62,144 nucleotides of DNA, filler included, from Choristocarpus tenellus KU-1152 (GCA_964200185.2; 11 parts of 11 records of this genome joined end to end with filler, not necessarily neighbours in it), one strand, 5' to 3'; shown: positions 1 through 13,964, counted from the whole stretch's first letter. Numbers and translations: made by a program. Notes: generated by a model not told the origin, from the sequence alone.

Positions 1-135
1 CTGTTCTTTGTCCTTCATTAAAGCACCATAAAAGCCGCGGGTCCAGTGTGGGATAGTTCAACAAAAGAAGCGCCAGAAAACCATATCATGGATACCCTAG
101 GATAGACCTTTCTTCACAGTCCCGTTTCAGCTCAC

Positions 136-2951
136 CGTAGATCCAGCATGTTGCTGAACAGCGTAACGGAAGGTATCAAGCTGGTTCCTACTGATCTTTA
201 CATGATCTGACATAACAATCCATGTCACAATCTGTGTATGGCGACGGCCAGAACATTGGAAGACCGCCCATTGTAAGGACAAAACAGGGAAAAGGGGCGG
301 TTAAATGAAGGGAGGAAAAATGTGACATTTTTTTGTGCACATACCTTAGAAACCCTTTCATGCAAAAATACACAAAGCACTACTTCAGTGTTTTGAAATA
401 CCCCAAAAGGCGAGAGTATACAAATATCCAACGCAAGCATAAATTGAAATGATCATTAAACATCGCTACAGCAGGAAAAGAAATACACATGTCCCAGATG
501 TACCAAATTCCTTTGGGCAATATCATATCCAAAAAGAGACAAGAAAACCCAAAGCCGTAACACAGTAACAGCCTGAATTTCTAGTGGACAAGTGCAATGA
601 ATTAGGGCAAAACATAGAAGCTTTGGTTTCTGAGAAAGAATTAGAAGTAGAAAGGGGAATCTTAAGGTTCACAGGAGCTTCCGACATGGCGGAAGGGCAA
701 GGAGGGAAAGCAAGATCAAAGTGCTCAATGATGGAACAGACATACAACAGAAATGTTCACCTGGAATAGGGATAGACCATTAAGGTAGGCAGGCGAGATT
801 TTACCAAGTAACTGATGGAAATCTCACCTCTGAGCAAGGAGGTGTAGTCAGGCTGCCTTCATAGGTGAAGTAGGTTGGGCTTCCAGGCAGCAGATCGTAT
901 GGGTAAGACACAAATAATTCATCAGATGTACCTTGGATGTGTGACCAATACTTCTCAAGCTGATATAACCAATAACAGTCACAGACAACAGTGGGCAAGA
1001 AAAGGAAGGGGAGAATGGTTAAACTACAAACTTGTTGGTATGCCCATATTGAACAATACAAATATAATTTGAGCAGGGACATTTCATCTTGTCATCTAGA
1101 TCGATATGTTCTCAAGCTTAAAGTATGTTGAATGCTCTTGCTGGATATTGAAAGAACTGATTCACAATTGAAAAAATACTCAACTATACCATGTGGTACC
1201 TATTTTCTGCGTTGCGCTGAGATTTGCAGACCTATCCTCCATGATTCAAATCCCCCAAACCCTCACCTCCAAGTTGATAAAGTCAGGTGAAGCGTCGAAC
1301 ATCACACCAACGACCAGGAGGTTCCCTGAGCCATCTGTGTTGACGTGGACGAGGTGCAGCTCTCCGTCCTCTTCTCCCCCTCCAGACTGTGTCAGCAAGA
1401 CATGGGACACGCCAGAGAAATTGTAGACCAGACGGTTGAAGATGCTATGAGTCAATCAAATACATGCACAGGGAAACTGAATGAAGCAAGATCCCTTGCC
1501 GTGCTTCTTACACTCATGTGGAAAGGTTGTCACTAGTTTGCTCTGGATCTAGTCCGGATCAGCTTAGACAGTAACATATTTACCTCTCAAAGGTCACACT
1601 CAATACACTCCCGGCCAATCATTTGGAAGAGCGAACATATTGCTACTGTGGGCGCATGCTTTGTGTGAATTCCTGAAGTGAAAGTAGGAGGATTCAATAT
1701 ATAGCAAAGCCGAAATGCCACAAGATTCACAATAATACTATGATAGAACAGAACCATGTTGTTCATGAACCAGTTCATACCGTGTGTTCTGATGGCGAGT
1801 GGACATGCATCTGGAGGAGCTCATAGGTATCTCTACCAAACTCCAATGTGGACGTGTAGCTTTCGTCCTCCAAGCACTGCGCGAAGTCCACCTTTAGGGT
1901 TACAGAGAGGAGTGCAAACATAGGACGTGATTCATCGCTAATGCACCTGAATTTCCAACTAACTAATTAAGGAATATCTGCCCACGATTATTAGTACAGC
2001 ATCCGAATGGCGCAAAACGTATGGGAATCCAAATTCCACAATTCATCATTGGAATTATGTCAGTGATGTTGCGACAGAAGTCAAGTTCCGCGGCATCTCT
2101 CACCAAACTCTTACCTTCCAGTTGTGATCAGTCTGCTCGAACCCCTGAAGGGTTGAAGGGCAGCTCTTGGGTAAGAACTTGAGGCTGAACATGTCCGTCT
2201 GGTGATGGCAATCAAAAGTGTGTACAAGTTGTTCAGGTCAGGCTCGTGTGTTGAGGGATGATGAACAAGGCAAAGGTGCTACGCTTAAGAGTGGGACCAA
2301 GGTAGAGTAGCCTAGACAGAAATCTCGATGCCATCCCCCGCTCGCAGCCTCCAATACGTATCAAGGACACCTTTCCACTACTGGTTCTTTTCCATTACTG
2401 GTTCGTCTGTGGGTTCGGACAATTATTCGGATAAACTTACATCGACACGAGACACGTACGCGGCCCCCAGGTTGATCGGGCTCTGCCTGTAACCGGCGCA
2501 AGCCTCATATGCAAGTTGCCAGTCCCTGCACGTTGAGGGATTACATATAGTCATAAACAATGGCAAGTGCTGCAGATGAATTGGATGTGAAAGAGGTGAA
2601 AGTAAACGTGGCCTTAAGGTGCTCGTTTTAACATGAGATATCCCTAAGGCTTTTCGATAGATTTGGGAGTACACTTTTCATGTCTTCCGGAAAGGTAGAC
2701 CTTGCACAAACTTAGGTCCCCAAAGACAATACACAAGCGAGCACACTTCAACTTGGATTGAGATGAAGGACCCCTGCGGCCAGTACTCACGCTGGTTGAA
2801 AGGGCTCAGTGCCATTTTTAGCAGTCTCCCTATATGTCCATGGCGTAGCATCCGTAGCAAGTACACGCTGGACATCCGCGTGGTGACTCTCGTTGGCTGC
2901 AACGAGAGTCAGACCAAGTCCGACGGTGATGAAACTTGCGGGAGTTTTCAT
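136..2951 (-). CDS. Alpha-carbonic anhydrase with signal peptide; 3' end lies outside the window
   Basis: Seven GT-AG exons in consistent phase: 2951-2791, 2525-2441, 2198-2115, 1891-1781, 1386-1267, 959-828, 231-136. The translation has a hydrophobic N-terminus (MKTPASFITVGLGLTLVAA), WTY, CAGYRQSPINL, QMHVHSPSEHT, ELHLVH (three Zn-ligand His in total), YEGSLTTPPCSE and VTWIV. Confidence 0.95.
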
Positions 2952-4596
2952 TGTTCCGTTATGTCTCTAGGAATGAACGACAAGATGAGGGCAACTTGAT
3001 TCGACTTGAAGAAGGTTGAGAGGAGGCTTGTGCGTGGAGAGGAAAAGGCTTCAGGGGAGGTTGGACTGAAGAAGGTTTTTAGATTGAGTAGTGCGTGGGA
3101 AAGATGAATGCATGTGTGAATAAGAGAGAGGCGAAGTACCCCAACATGTTCGTAAGGAACAGTAAGAGTCGACTGAACAATATGAACTAGAACTCAAAAT
3201 GTGGTCAACTTGATAGTTTTTGAAATGATAAGTTGGATTCAACCACATAATGTACATGTTGCTATAGAAATCTAAAGATAAAACAATAAAACAATTGGTC
3301 AGGTATTTTTGTTGAATGTGATGATGTGTAGCAACACTATTCTCTGTTCCTGCTCGTTAAAATCTATAAATTTTATAATATTTCATACAATATTTTCTTA
3401 CCTCACATAATTTCTTGTAATTCTTATTTGATTTTTATATTATATAATAGTTACTGTATTTATGATATATGACATTTTGCACATGTACCAGAGTGAAAAC
3501 TGTTGAGAATTATAATTTTAAATATTCGTAAGATGTTAGTACAATATCACTTCTATTTAACAAGTTGATTATTTTTTGTATGATCTTGTAGGAAGTAGTC
3601 TTCCGTATATATATATATATATATATATTGCGCTTTATTATGTTCATGTCTCAACAAGAAAGACAATTCACCAACATAACTACCTTCCATTGATATATCT
3701 GTTTATATTATATCTTTCAAAATATACAGGTGTGTGAGGAAAATATATTATGGTGATATGATCCTATATTGTAATGTATATTATTCCCCCTAACATTTTG
3801 TAGTTTATCAACAGGAATAATACGTCCCTCACCAAAAATGTTAAACCATGAAAACTCCGCGGGTTGAAGTGACAGAATTGGGGGTTTCACCAAGTCCAGC
3901 AAATACCATATCCGTATTCAGCTGTATGCCTGCAACCCACTCCAAACCCTGCCCTGTTGGAACACTACAGGACCATAAGGACTTCACTACATGCTCCAAC
4001 TTAGATGTACAGGGCCAGCTGGTGGCCTCGGTCATGTTAAGTAGTAGTGGTTATGAAGTCGGACACGTTTTTACTTGTACCTGAGGAGGTGGTGGAATAG
4101 GATATATTGAAGTAGAGGCGGTCGTGGAGTTTGGGATATTAGAACATTTTATCTATGGTCGGCTACGTAATAATTTTCGTAGCATTATTTTTACACTCAA
4201 GTCGTCGATGTTATGACCGACCATACACCTTATTCTCCCTTCCCTCTACTAGAATCTTGCGTTTGTATTCTATGCTACTACTAATATTACTCTAAACACA
4301 GGTATGACATGAGAAGAGATCGGAAATGGGGACCCTTTTATTGTAAGCCAAATTAGAGATGTATGCCTTCTAACTTTTGAACCAGATCCTCAGAAGGAAC
4401 AATTGTGCGCTCTGATTAAACTAGATACAAACTTAGTGTGATTGTATCCTGTGACTTCTAGAAAGGACATTTCCATAGGAAGGAAGCACTATACGCATTG
4501 ATCACAGGTATGATTGGGAAGATCGGAACTGGGGACCCGTTATTTGTAGACCAAGGGTCAAAGTATGTGTGTGTGGGGGGGGGGGTGGTTTGTGAG

Positions 4597-4696
4597 NNNN
4601 NNNNNNNNNNNNNNNNNNNNNNNNNNNNNNNNNNNNNNNNTTAATTAATTAANNNNNNNNNNNNNNNNNNNNNNNNNNNNNNNNNNNNNNNNNNNN
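4597..4696. other. Artificial contig linker (44N-TTAATTAATTAA-44N); identical linkers at 9335-9434, 17385-17484, 21409-21508, 27034-27133, 38493-38592, 44408-44507, 47868-47967, 51358-51457, 56964-57063
   Basis: The same 100-bp structure with a six-frame stop cassette occurs ten times. Confidence 0.98.
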
Positions 4697-5377
4697 GGGG
4701 GGGGGGGGGATTACAGGGTAGAGCTTTGTGGACATTAGGGTTAGGGTTAGGGTGGGGTGGTGGTTTGATTTGCTTCTCCTCCAATAGATTACTTGTGTGG
4801 TACAGGAATGATAATTAAAAAAATAGAGATTTATTTATTTTTTGGGGGGGGGTGGGGTGTACTAATCTTACCATATTTTCTTGTTTTATTTTTCTTATAG
4901 TGAGTGAGGCAGGAAAGGGCTGGGGTTAGGGTTATGGCTTGGTGAGAGGTGTAGGTGGTTGAGGAGGGAAATGAGTTGGGTAGTGCAAGGTACTCCTGTT
5001 ACACCAAACATTTTTATTTTTTCACGCTAAGTGTTAGGGTTAGGGTTGTGCTCTACTGAAATTTGGGCAGAGTCGAAATACTGGTCGGCAGGGTGATACC
5101 AAGGTGTAACTGTAGTGTAACTGTAGTGTTATATAGCGACTCGATTATACTCTCAAGATTATTTGCTGTTGGGGTACTGTTAGGTGAGAGTGTAGTATCA
5201 CTTTCAGTTAAGAGGCATTGTAGTGCCTATGCAAGGAAGAGGCATGAGTGTGTTTTCCTTGTGACTGCCCTATGATCTTCTCGTATTCTCCAGCAGTGTG
5301 ATGGTACTAATATGATACAACTGAGTAGGCAGGGTATGGCTCACAACCAATGTTACGTAATGACTCTCAAGCGATAT

Positions 5378-5487
5378 ATAGTTGTAGAGATATATCGATA
5401 GTTGTAGAGATATATCGATAGTTGTAGAGATATATCAATAGTTGTAGAGATATATCGATAGTTGTAGAGATATATCGATAGTTGTAG
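5378..5487. repeat. 20-bp minisatellite (gatatatcgatagttgtaga), about 5.5 copies
   Basis: Near-perfect tandem copies without spacers. Confidence 0.95.
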
Positions 5488-6852
5488 GATACGAGATTTT
5501 TCGAGTTCCTTAGACACAAGGCAACACATAATTGTCTTCTTTTTTTCGGAAGAGTATCGCGTATGTATTGTGTCTGGTTCATGGATGGTTCATGGATGAT
5601 TTTAATTAGCCTTACCGTAATGGTATGGCCCTGCTGAACATGATAAACATTTTGTGTGTGTGTGAGAAGAGGCAAGAGAAAGTTCCTGCTCATTTTTTAT
5701 TTTTTATTCTTATTTGAAAAGTGACGATTCCTATTGCTAAGGCGTTGTTCTTTCTTCTGGGTCAAGATACATCAAAGGCTTGATGCTCCAAACCAAGTAA
5801 CTTTCCTGCAATGGACAATGGACCCTGCGCGTCGGGGCTGAAAATTCCCCCAAAGCTACAATTATGATGGTTATCGTCGAGGGCGATTAAGTTTTGAGTA
5901 GAGAGTCAAGAGACATGGGGTGCTTTCTATATCAGTTGCAATTCAGGTTTTCTACTCCTTGGACGACATACGTAACACTTCCATGACACTGTGTTACATA
6001 TGTTTTGGACTGGAGTGTCATGAGCTCTACGTATTGATTTGTGTGTTCTCAACTCGAGGGTTGTGGACGTAATGTAACATAGTGTTGAGTGTTGTGTTGT
6101 GTTGTCGATGTTGTACATTTCTCCAGTCATGAATGAGCATTGGACACCAAAGTTTTTTGTGAACGCCTCCCGATGAGTTGTGTTGTGTAGAGACCAAGGG
6201 GGTTATGGGAGTGTTATACATATATTTCTACATTTCTCTGTTGGTTGAGTCTTATACATACCTAGATTTACATCTACTCTTGTTTGCCACCTAACAATAA
6301 TAATAATAATGTTGTCATCCCTCTTGTGTAATTTCCCCTATACCTCAGTTTTGATTTTATTAAGATGTGTATATGGTCCCGACCCTAGCCCGCCTATTTG
6401 TGTTAGGGTTAGGGTTATATATAGTATAATGGTGTGTTGAAGTTTGAACCAAGGCATGCATGCACACACACGACTGTACCAACATATTACCTTGTACCTT
6501 TTTTCCTCATTTGAGGATTTGAGTACCCTACCATGGCAATGACTCACTCTCATTAAATTGATACCAAAACATAATATATATATATATATATATAACCATC
6601 CTCCTCCTCCTCCTCCCCTTCCCAATGCTGCAGGAGTTGAATCACCCCAACATTGTGCAGTTCCTTGGGGCAGTGTGGCATAGTCAACGCCTGATGGTGG
6701 TGGTAAGATTTGATGATGAAGACACTTCCTACTGAAGTAGTTGCTTGTGTTCTGTATCATTTTGTTTTGCATTGGGACTGTTGATGGATGTGGATATTGT
6801 TCGACTATGTTGATGCTTGGAATACCTCAAACATTTTTTTTTTTTAGTTTGA

Positions 6853-7013
6853 GTTGGTGATGTGTAGCTTGGAGTGCATCAATACACCGTACCTTTTTTG
6901 TGTAAGTTGGTGATGTGTAGCTTGGAGTGCATCAATACACCGTACCTTTTTTGTGTAAGTTGGTGATGTGTAGCTTGGAGTGTATCAATACACCGTACCT
7001 TTTTTGTGTAAGT
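6853..7013. repeat. 53-bp tandem repeat, 3 copies
   Basis: gttggtgatgtgtagcttggagtgcatcaatacaccgtaccttttttgtgtaa starts at 6853, 6906 and 6959. Confidence 0.95.
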
Positions 7014-7145
7014 GTCCTAACACAATTGAAGTAATCGCCATTGAAGTAATCCCCTTTGTGACTCGTTCTGTAGAAGCAGTTCCGAGGAAGGACATTAATA
7101 TGTGTGTGTGTGTGTGTGTGTTTATTGCTTGTGTGTGTTTATTGC

Positions 7146-7179
<34 letters not shown>

Positions 7180-7690
7180 ATTGCTTGTGTGTAGTGTATG
7201 TGTATAAAAGTACTACTATTTAGTTATTCAGCTCAGACACAAGTATGGACTTTCATTTGCCATAACTTTTTATTTTTTATGTATAGTTTGTAGTTGGGAA
7301 TGGCAACGATACGTAGTGAAGTAAATAGAAAAAAAATAAAGAAATATAATTACTGCCTTTTTGTTGCTACCTGTCGCCAACTTATTTGTGAAACCCCTAA
7401 TTTCTGCCACCTGCTTGGAAGTGAGAAATGTGAAGGGTCAGTGAGAATGCCCAAGAGCAGTTTGAAGTTACTTCTCTGACGGAATGAGGTATACCTTGAT
7501 ACTGTCAATGAGTTAGTGCACGGTAACATGGTGATATCGCACACGCGAGGTAAATCAATCCCTATTTTTTTATTCTTGCCTGACATATTTACTTAGTTTT
7601 AGAGAGGGAGAAAAAAAAAGTGTAGTCTTTGGCTTCTTTTTCTGTATCCTCTACTTAAGTCTCAGAGGGTTAGGTCTGTTTGAATTGAAG

Positions 7691-9255
7691 GTGGAGTATG
7701 TGGAGCTGGGGAACCTGGGGGCAATGCTGGAGGACGGGTCGGGGTTGACCTGGCAGGAGCATAAGTTCGACATGTGCTGTGACATCACAAAGGGCATGGC
7801 CTACCTTCACAGCTTCAAGTAAGTTAGTTAGGGTTAGGGTTAGTTGCCTTACACAGCATCCATTGTATGGCGACAACCTCGATGGATTATCCCTTAGGAT
7901 GTGTGTAGTGTATGCTTCCTCTGAGCAGGATTGGTTCAAACGCCTTCCAAGGAAGAAAAATAACTCATTGGGAAGGCGTTTATTGCAGGTTTGCAGCGGG
8001 GAGAGTAGGATGGGTAGACTATGTCGGGTTTTGATGAGGTTAGGGTTAGGGTGATCTCTTGGTAGGGTTTTTTGCAGGAAGCCCATAAAGGATGGTGAAA
8101 AATTGAAGATTTGAGCCAAGATTTGAACCCATCTTTTTTGTTTTTTTAGCCTGCCCTACAACGTGTTTGGATTGGTGTTGTTGGACACAGGAAGTGTTGC
8201 ATAATTTGTTTTGAGGTTTTAAGAATTTTCTTTTGGTTAGTGTATACCTTTCACAGGAAAAATTTGTAGCACCCACTGTGGTAGTAATGGTGGAGGTAAG
8301 GGAGGAAGTAATGCATCTGGTGCATTTGATGGTGGGTGGTAGGGTCATTCATGCCAAGGTGATTAGCAATGCTGATAAGGAAAATGTAGATGTATATTTA
8401 TTGAGGGATGTGAAGAGCATAATGTAGACAAATAGGAAAGCCTGTATGCCACCATTAGCCAATGGGATTCATCCGGCCCTTCAACCTCGGTAGTACAGAA
8501 GGCACTACAGGCTGAAAATGCAAAAAGTTGTAAACTGAGACCCTAATGTGTTATATATATATATGTGTATCTCTTTGAGAAAGTTTGCTACCAAAGTTTA
8601 ATGTCAGGGCTATCTCACCGAAGTCAGTCTGATTTCTTTTTATTTTATTTCACTTTCTGAGATATTGCAGAGTTTCTTCACTGTACTTTGCTACACTTTA
8701 CTTGCCTGGAAACTAGTGCTTGTTTTGTTCTTAGTGGCGAGGTATTTATAGAAGGAAATGGATGGCAAAAGAGGCCCTACATTGATTGTGGGCGTGATGT
8801 CACTCACACCCTCAGTACAAATCTAGACTGCCAACTAGATGTCATGAATCTGTTTGAGAGATCAATTATTCGACGTTGTATTGGTGTGGAGGATTGATAG
8901 CACTAGGTTGACAGGTAGTGTACTCGTGGGATGGAGAGCAACATGTACTCCTCAATAGAATCAACACAACATTGTTGTAGTAATCATTTTTCATTTTACA
9001 ATAAATGAATGCTGCAGAGTATTACTCATTCTTGTCCTCCATTGTCCTCTGCAGACCCCCTCCTTTTCTTTTATTCTTTGCATCCATGAATTTCTTTTTT
9101 TTTCCAGGCACTACGACGAACAGACCAACTCTATGCAGATGTGTATTATCCACCGCGATCTAAAGCCGCAGAATCTTTTGGTCACTCCCGACTTCCACAT
9201 CAAGATTACTGACTTTGGGGAGTCGAGGGTCATGGACAACACCACTATGACGCAG
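7691..9255 (+). CDS. Tyrosine-kinase-like (TKL) protein kinase, two internal exons (partial)
   Basis: Exons 7691-7818 and 9108-9255 join in phase: [87 protein letters not shown] (HRDLKP and DFG motifs). Confidence 0.92.
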
Positions 9256-9460
9256 GTGAGAGGGGGGGGGGGGGGGGGGGGATTGAAGGGGGGGGGGGGG
9301 TGTTGTAGGGGGGGGGGTGGGAGAGAAAAGAAAANNNNNNNNNNNNNNNNNNNNNNNNNNNNNNNNNNNNNNNNNNNNTTAATTAATTAANNNNNNNNNN
9401 NNNNNNNNNNNNNNNNNNNNNNNNNNNNNNNNNNCCCTGTCCCCCCCCTTCCCCTTCTCT

Positions 9461-9493
<33 letters not shown>

Positions 9494-9514
9494 CCTTTAC
9501 CCTCTTTTGTCAAG

Positions 9515-11354
9515 GTACATGTGGTGCCCATGATGCGAGTGGCGACGGCGTTCATGCTTCTGCGACCATTCATGGAGGATGTAGGTGTAGGCGACAGCAT
9601 GTGTGGGGGTGGGGATGGATTGGAGCGGGTGTTGGACCCAAGGTGAGAAAGCAAGGAAATAGTTTAAGAAATGTGTTCTGTGGAGGTGTTTCTGTCCCCC
9701 TTTCCTTTGTCAGTACTCCTGGAGTTGCTCTGTATCTCAGCAGAGCTCTGTGTGCTGTAGTGCTCTGGGGCTATCCTCTGACTCCTGTGGTGGTGAGTGG
9801 AGATAGGCATTGACAGGGCTGTGAGTTGCTAGAAATCTCGGGTGTGGGGTACTGTGTTTTGTTGACATCTGAAGACTGATGTGTTGTGTATTGTTGTTGG
9901 GATGGATGGAGTCTACAGCGCTATGGTTGCTGAAGAGTTGCGTTGTTTTGTGAGGCACTGTGTGTTTGTTTGTGTTGATGCTATGTTGATGCTTAGACTC
10001 CTTGCCCTGTCCAGAGTCTAGCAACTCATCTTCCTTCCCCCTTCCCCCTACTGAAAACTGGGGGAACCAATATGTTGATATCGGTCTACCCCGCCATTCT
10101 GTTTCATTTCTTTTTTGTCTTGGTAAAGGGCAATCCTATCTGTGTCTCAAGAGCAGAGTGCCCTAGAGGCATGATTGTTACCTATGCGTTGTGATAATTT
10201 GTATCAACCTCTGTTTTTTTTTAATGTCCTTTAAAGATGCAAATAGCACTTCCAACCCTACCAGATTGTGGGAGCTGCATTGGGTTACCTTACAGGGGCT
10301 TTCTTCCTCAACAAGACACTTGTTCCATCCTCGACCAGCACCAGACCCACCCCGTGGCACTAACCCTTACCCCCCTTCCCTCTTCCCATTGTACTCTGTC
10401 CCCTGCTGCAGGTGGCACCAACCCCTCCTGAACGCACTGGTGCAACTGCCACCTCTCTCTCCTGGGGATGCTGTCTTCTGGCACACAGGTGCGGGTTGTA
10501 TGTTACTGAGATTCCTGTGCTCGATATGTGTAGTTTTGACTGCTATGTGTATAACTTCTATGAAGAGAGCTCGTTTTTGCTATACAGGCAATTCCGCGCA
10601 ATTTGTGCTTCAAGCTCGTGTCTGGTGTAACGGAGGACACACGATTTTGTCGGCTTGTTCCCCCTCGAGGCTCTTTTTTCTCTTGTGAGGTGATTTTGCT
10701 GCAGCAGTTTCTACTGCACTGTTTATTTGCTATTGGCAACAATCCGCCCTTGGGTTTCTACCTGAACACACGAATGCCCGAACCCTCGCCGAGTTTCGAT
10801 GTAGTCTTTACGACTACACCTGCAATTCACCACCTCCTGTGTGTGTGCAGTAATGGTGTGCCATGACGTTGCTTACCTCGCATGAGTCGCTTCCTGCACC
10901 TCAAGAGTTCAGAGATGACGACCACGGGACTGCTTATCCGTCGGGTTACTTGACTCCCCCCGCTTCCAATTCCTTACCTTTGCAATCCCTGCTGCCTTTG
11001 CGACTGGGTGAAGATCTCGTCCACTGTGAGTCTGACAGCAAAGATTGGGTGAAGAGGGACTATGCAGGCATGCACCTCTCTACCTTGCCAGTCTGCGAGG
11101 CAAACTCCATGTATGTTCGAGCCCAGAGAGAGGCTTTCTTGGTAGGGCGGCGACCATTGGCATTTGAAGACACGGGGGCTAGTGGGGTGGAATCCGTGGG
11201 GATCAGAGAGGAGAACTTCCGCGGAAGGGCGGTGGCGCAGGACCTCACCCGTGGTGGTGAGCGGATGATGGGTCTGCGGGGCTGGAAGAAGGAGCATCAC
11301 AACGCAGCTCTCGCTTTACATCATCAGCTCCTTGACTTGCCTTACGGATGGTAA
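9515..11354 (+). CDS. DUF1479 / YbiU (Gig2-like) putative Fe/2OG-oxygenase-fold protein, last three exons (5' partial)
   Basis: Exons 9515-9642, 10412-10488 and 11014-11354 join in phase: ATAFMLLRPFMEDV..WHQPLLNALVQLPPLSPGDAVFWHTDLVH..LPVCEANSMYVRAQREAFLVGRRP..EENFRGRA..DLTRGGERMMGL, collinear with the C-terminal half of YbiU-family proteins. Confidence 0.85.
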
Positions 11355-12879
11355 CTGAAGAGACACATAGATTTGCGGCCTCCCCCCACCCCCCCCCCCC
11401 CGCCCCCATCCCCCCCTCCCCTGCACATACTCCCTCATCCTCTCCTCCGTGTGGTCACTTGTTTTGTGTGCCATTGGGAGGGCAGATATGTGTCTCCTGT
11501 CTTGCATCACAGTTATAAAATCGAGATAGTGTTGTCCTTGTTTTGTGATCATCTAGTTCATGTACATTGAGTGGCGTGCGGGCCTGGAGGCATGGACATT
11601 TTTATGGAGTTGGGTTTGTGGCATCTAGCTATGATATATGTATTTTTTTTGGTTGGTTAATCTGCAGGTTATTTTGCATTGGTGGTTTTGCCATATTGGG
11701 ATGTGGTTTGGCCTTACTCGTGGGGTAGAATATGTAGACAGTTTCATTCAAGGTTGTTTTTGTATCTCATTTGTGAGCAACCATGCTCTAAGGAGGGGCA
11801 GATGACCATGCTGTCCTTTGCCTGAGAATATTCTGATTTCCTGTGCGGTTTGTGGTCCCATGATAATCAAGCATAAGTTTTATGATGATGCTCATTATAC
11901 AGATTTTTGTTTTGCAAGTACATCAGTAGGTAGACTTTGATGTGATCTTACAGGCGATGGTGTGTTGTGCTTTTGAAGAAGAAATAATGGCAGTGCCTAC
12001 AGTTTGTTCCCGATATCACAGTATCATCGTACAATTCAATGCAAGTCACACAGTTGGAAGCTCAACTCAAATATCTACCTGGAAGTAGAAAATGAAAGGG
12101 GTATCCAGTGTCCGATACCCTTTCGGGTATTGTATTTGACACTTAAAATCACACCACTGCAGATGAGATGAAAATGGTGGTACACCTGTACCATACATAC
12201 CTGGAAAAGGAGTTTCTGTTCCAAACATACATGTGAGGAGCCTTAGAGTGTGTAACCTGTTCTTCTGACGTTGGATGCTCACTTGTGCTGCTTGTACGTG
12301 GCCGTATCCTTTATAATGAGTACAGCACTATCCCACACACACCAACAGTCAGGTTATCTAGTCCATATCCGTATTTTGTCGTTGCGGCTCCTTTACGTCA
12401 TGCTGTGGTAGAAGCGGGTTGGAGAGAAGTAAACCTCAAGGGAAAATAGTGGAACGCTGTATTTCGAGAGAGAGAGCTTGCGGAGCAATCAATGTATCTA
12501 CAGCTTTGTGTATCACAGGGATTTTACTTATCTACTAAAGTAGGTGGTGTCACTCTTCTGTGGCTGATACTACCTCCTTAGGTCAGGACTGACTCCAACA
12601 TAGGACTTTGTTCACTATCACTATGTTGAAATGTGCAACATTCTACAGTAGATGCAATGGAGTAGCTAAGAAGCAACGGAATCGCTACCCTCTCTTAAAA
12701 TGGGGTGAGTGGGAAACTTCCTAAATATTTGGGAGAAATTAGAGAGAAATTAGAACCACATCGTGCACTTGATTATCCAATTTCTGTTGAAACCCGACCC
12801 AAAATTATTGTATTGACCCACATACAAGTTGAAAACCAAAGCTTTGAGCAAGCACTCTAATCCCTGATACCACTTGCTC

Positions 12880-13400
12880 CTGCTACCTGTTCCTCCAAAA
12901 ATATCCACACACAAGGGGCACTATGCTGAGTGTGATCACCTTACACAGAGTTCTATCCACCATCCACTTCACCCTCACTATCAATTGGATAGGACTGCAG
13001 CCTTCCGTCTCATGTGTGTGTAGGTTGAAATGGTGATGAGATAGAAGTTGGACCACATGACGCTGAACTGGTTGGTCCACTCTACTACAGTGCATGCATA
13101 GTTGTACTTTCTAGTGCAACAATCCCTTCAGGCTTTAAAACAGTCTAGATAAAGCTGGTAATCTCAGTAGTGCCAATCGAACAATCTTGTGGTAGTTTTG
13201 ACGGCTGTAGTCTAAGATGAAGTGATTCCACCAATCGAATATTTGAGTGGGGCTGCTGAGTATCCTGGTTAATGCTTGGTGTAGAGACCTTTTTCTTCTG
13301 GTGACCAGAAAACTAGGCAAGGGTCCAATAATGCCACATACAGTTTACATATTCACGTGTCATTCATACATGTGCCAGTGTTCTTTTTTAGTTAGAGACC
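12880..13400 (-). mobile_element. Degenerate Ty3/Gypsy integrase remnant
   Basis: Fragmented frames with GPLP and HFNLHTHETEGCSPIQLIV, resembling the integrase YN..H.STG.SPF.L motif. Many stops; boundaries approximate. Confidence 0.4.
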
Positions 13401-13964
13401 CTCCAGTTCAGTGTGCATCTGAGCGGTGCTAAGCTTCATTGATGTTGACACTCATACTACTCATTTGTATCTTGCCACTATCTAACTAGTGAGATGGTCA
13501 GAACACAATCTGGACTACTGCGGTACTCAAATATCAGCACCATTGAGATAATGAATCATCGGTTTTGGAGTCATGGATTTGGTGAGGTGACTCTCGACTG
13601 CAAGACCTAGATAAATAACAGGTATAGCAGATGAGAAGGGAACGAGAGGCTTCAACAGCAAGAGCTAGGTATACCCACCCATCCATGTAAACCCAGAAAT
13701 GTACTGGTTGGAATTTTAGCTGGAAGCAGGGGGAAGTCTAGCCTGAGTTTGAACTTGTTCTTGCCTGCTTGTGGCAATGGTACTCCTAAAAGTTCGTCAG
13801 CTGCCTTGAGTAGTATGTCTTCAGGTAGGATCACATACTTGCCAGATTGGCATAGTTTTACTACATCATACAGTTTCCTTACGGTGCCAGTAACCATTCA
13901 CAAATCATTTTCGTACACAATAGATGGGATTCATAAGAGGGCAATCTTAAAACACTGTGTCTGC

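Noticed and set aside
2941-3862. Inverted ATGAAAACTCC match between the CA start and the ORF at 3848
   Set aside because: An 11-bp match without extension; the ORF has no recognisable homology.
5378-7013. CRISPR-like arrays (also 47968-48587)
   Set aside because: Units are contiguous with no unique spacers, there are no cas genes, and the context is eukaryotic introns.
9108-9642. Kinase continuing across the linker into the next contig
   Set aside because: The exon at 9515 is YbiU-like, not the expected kinase subdomain VIII.
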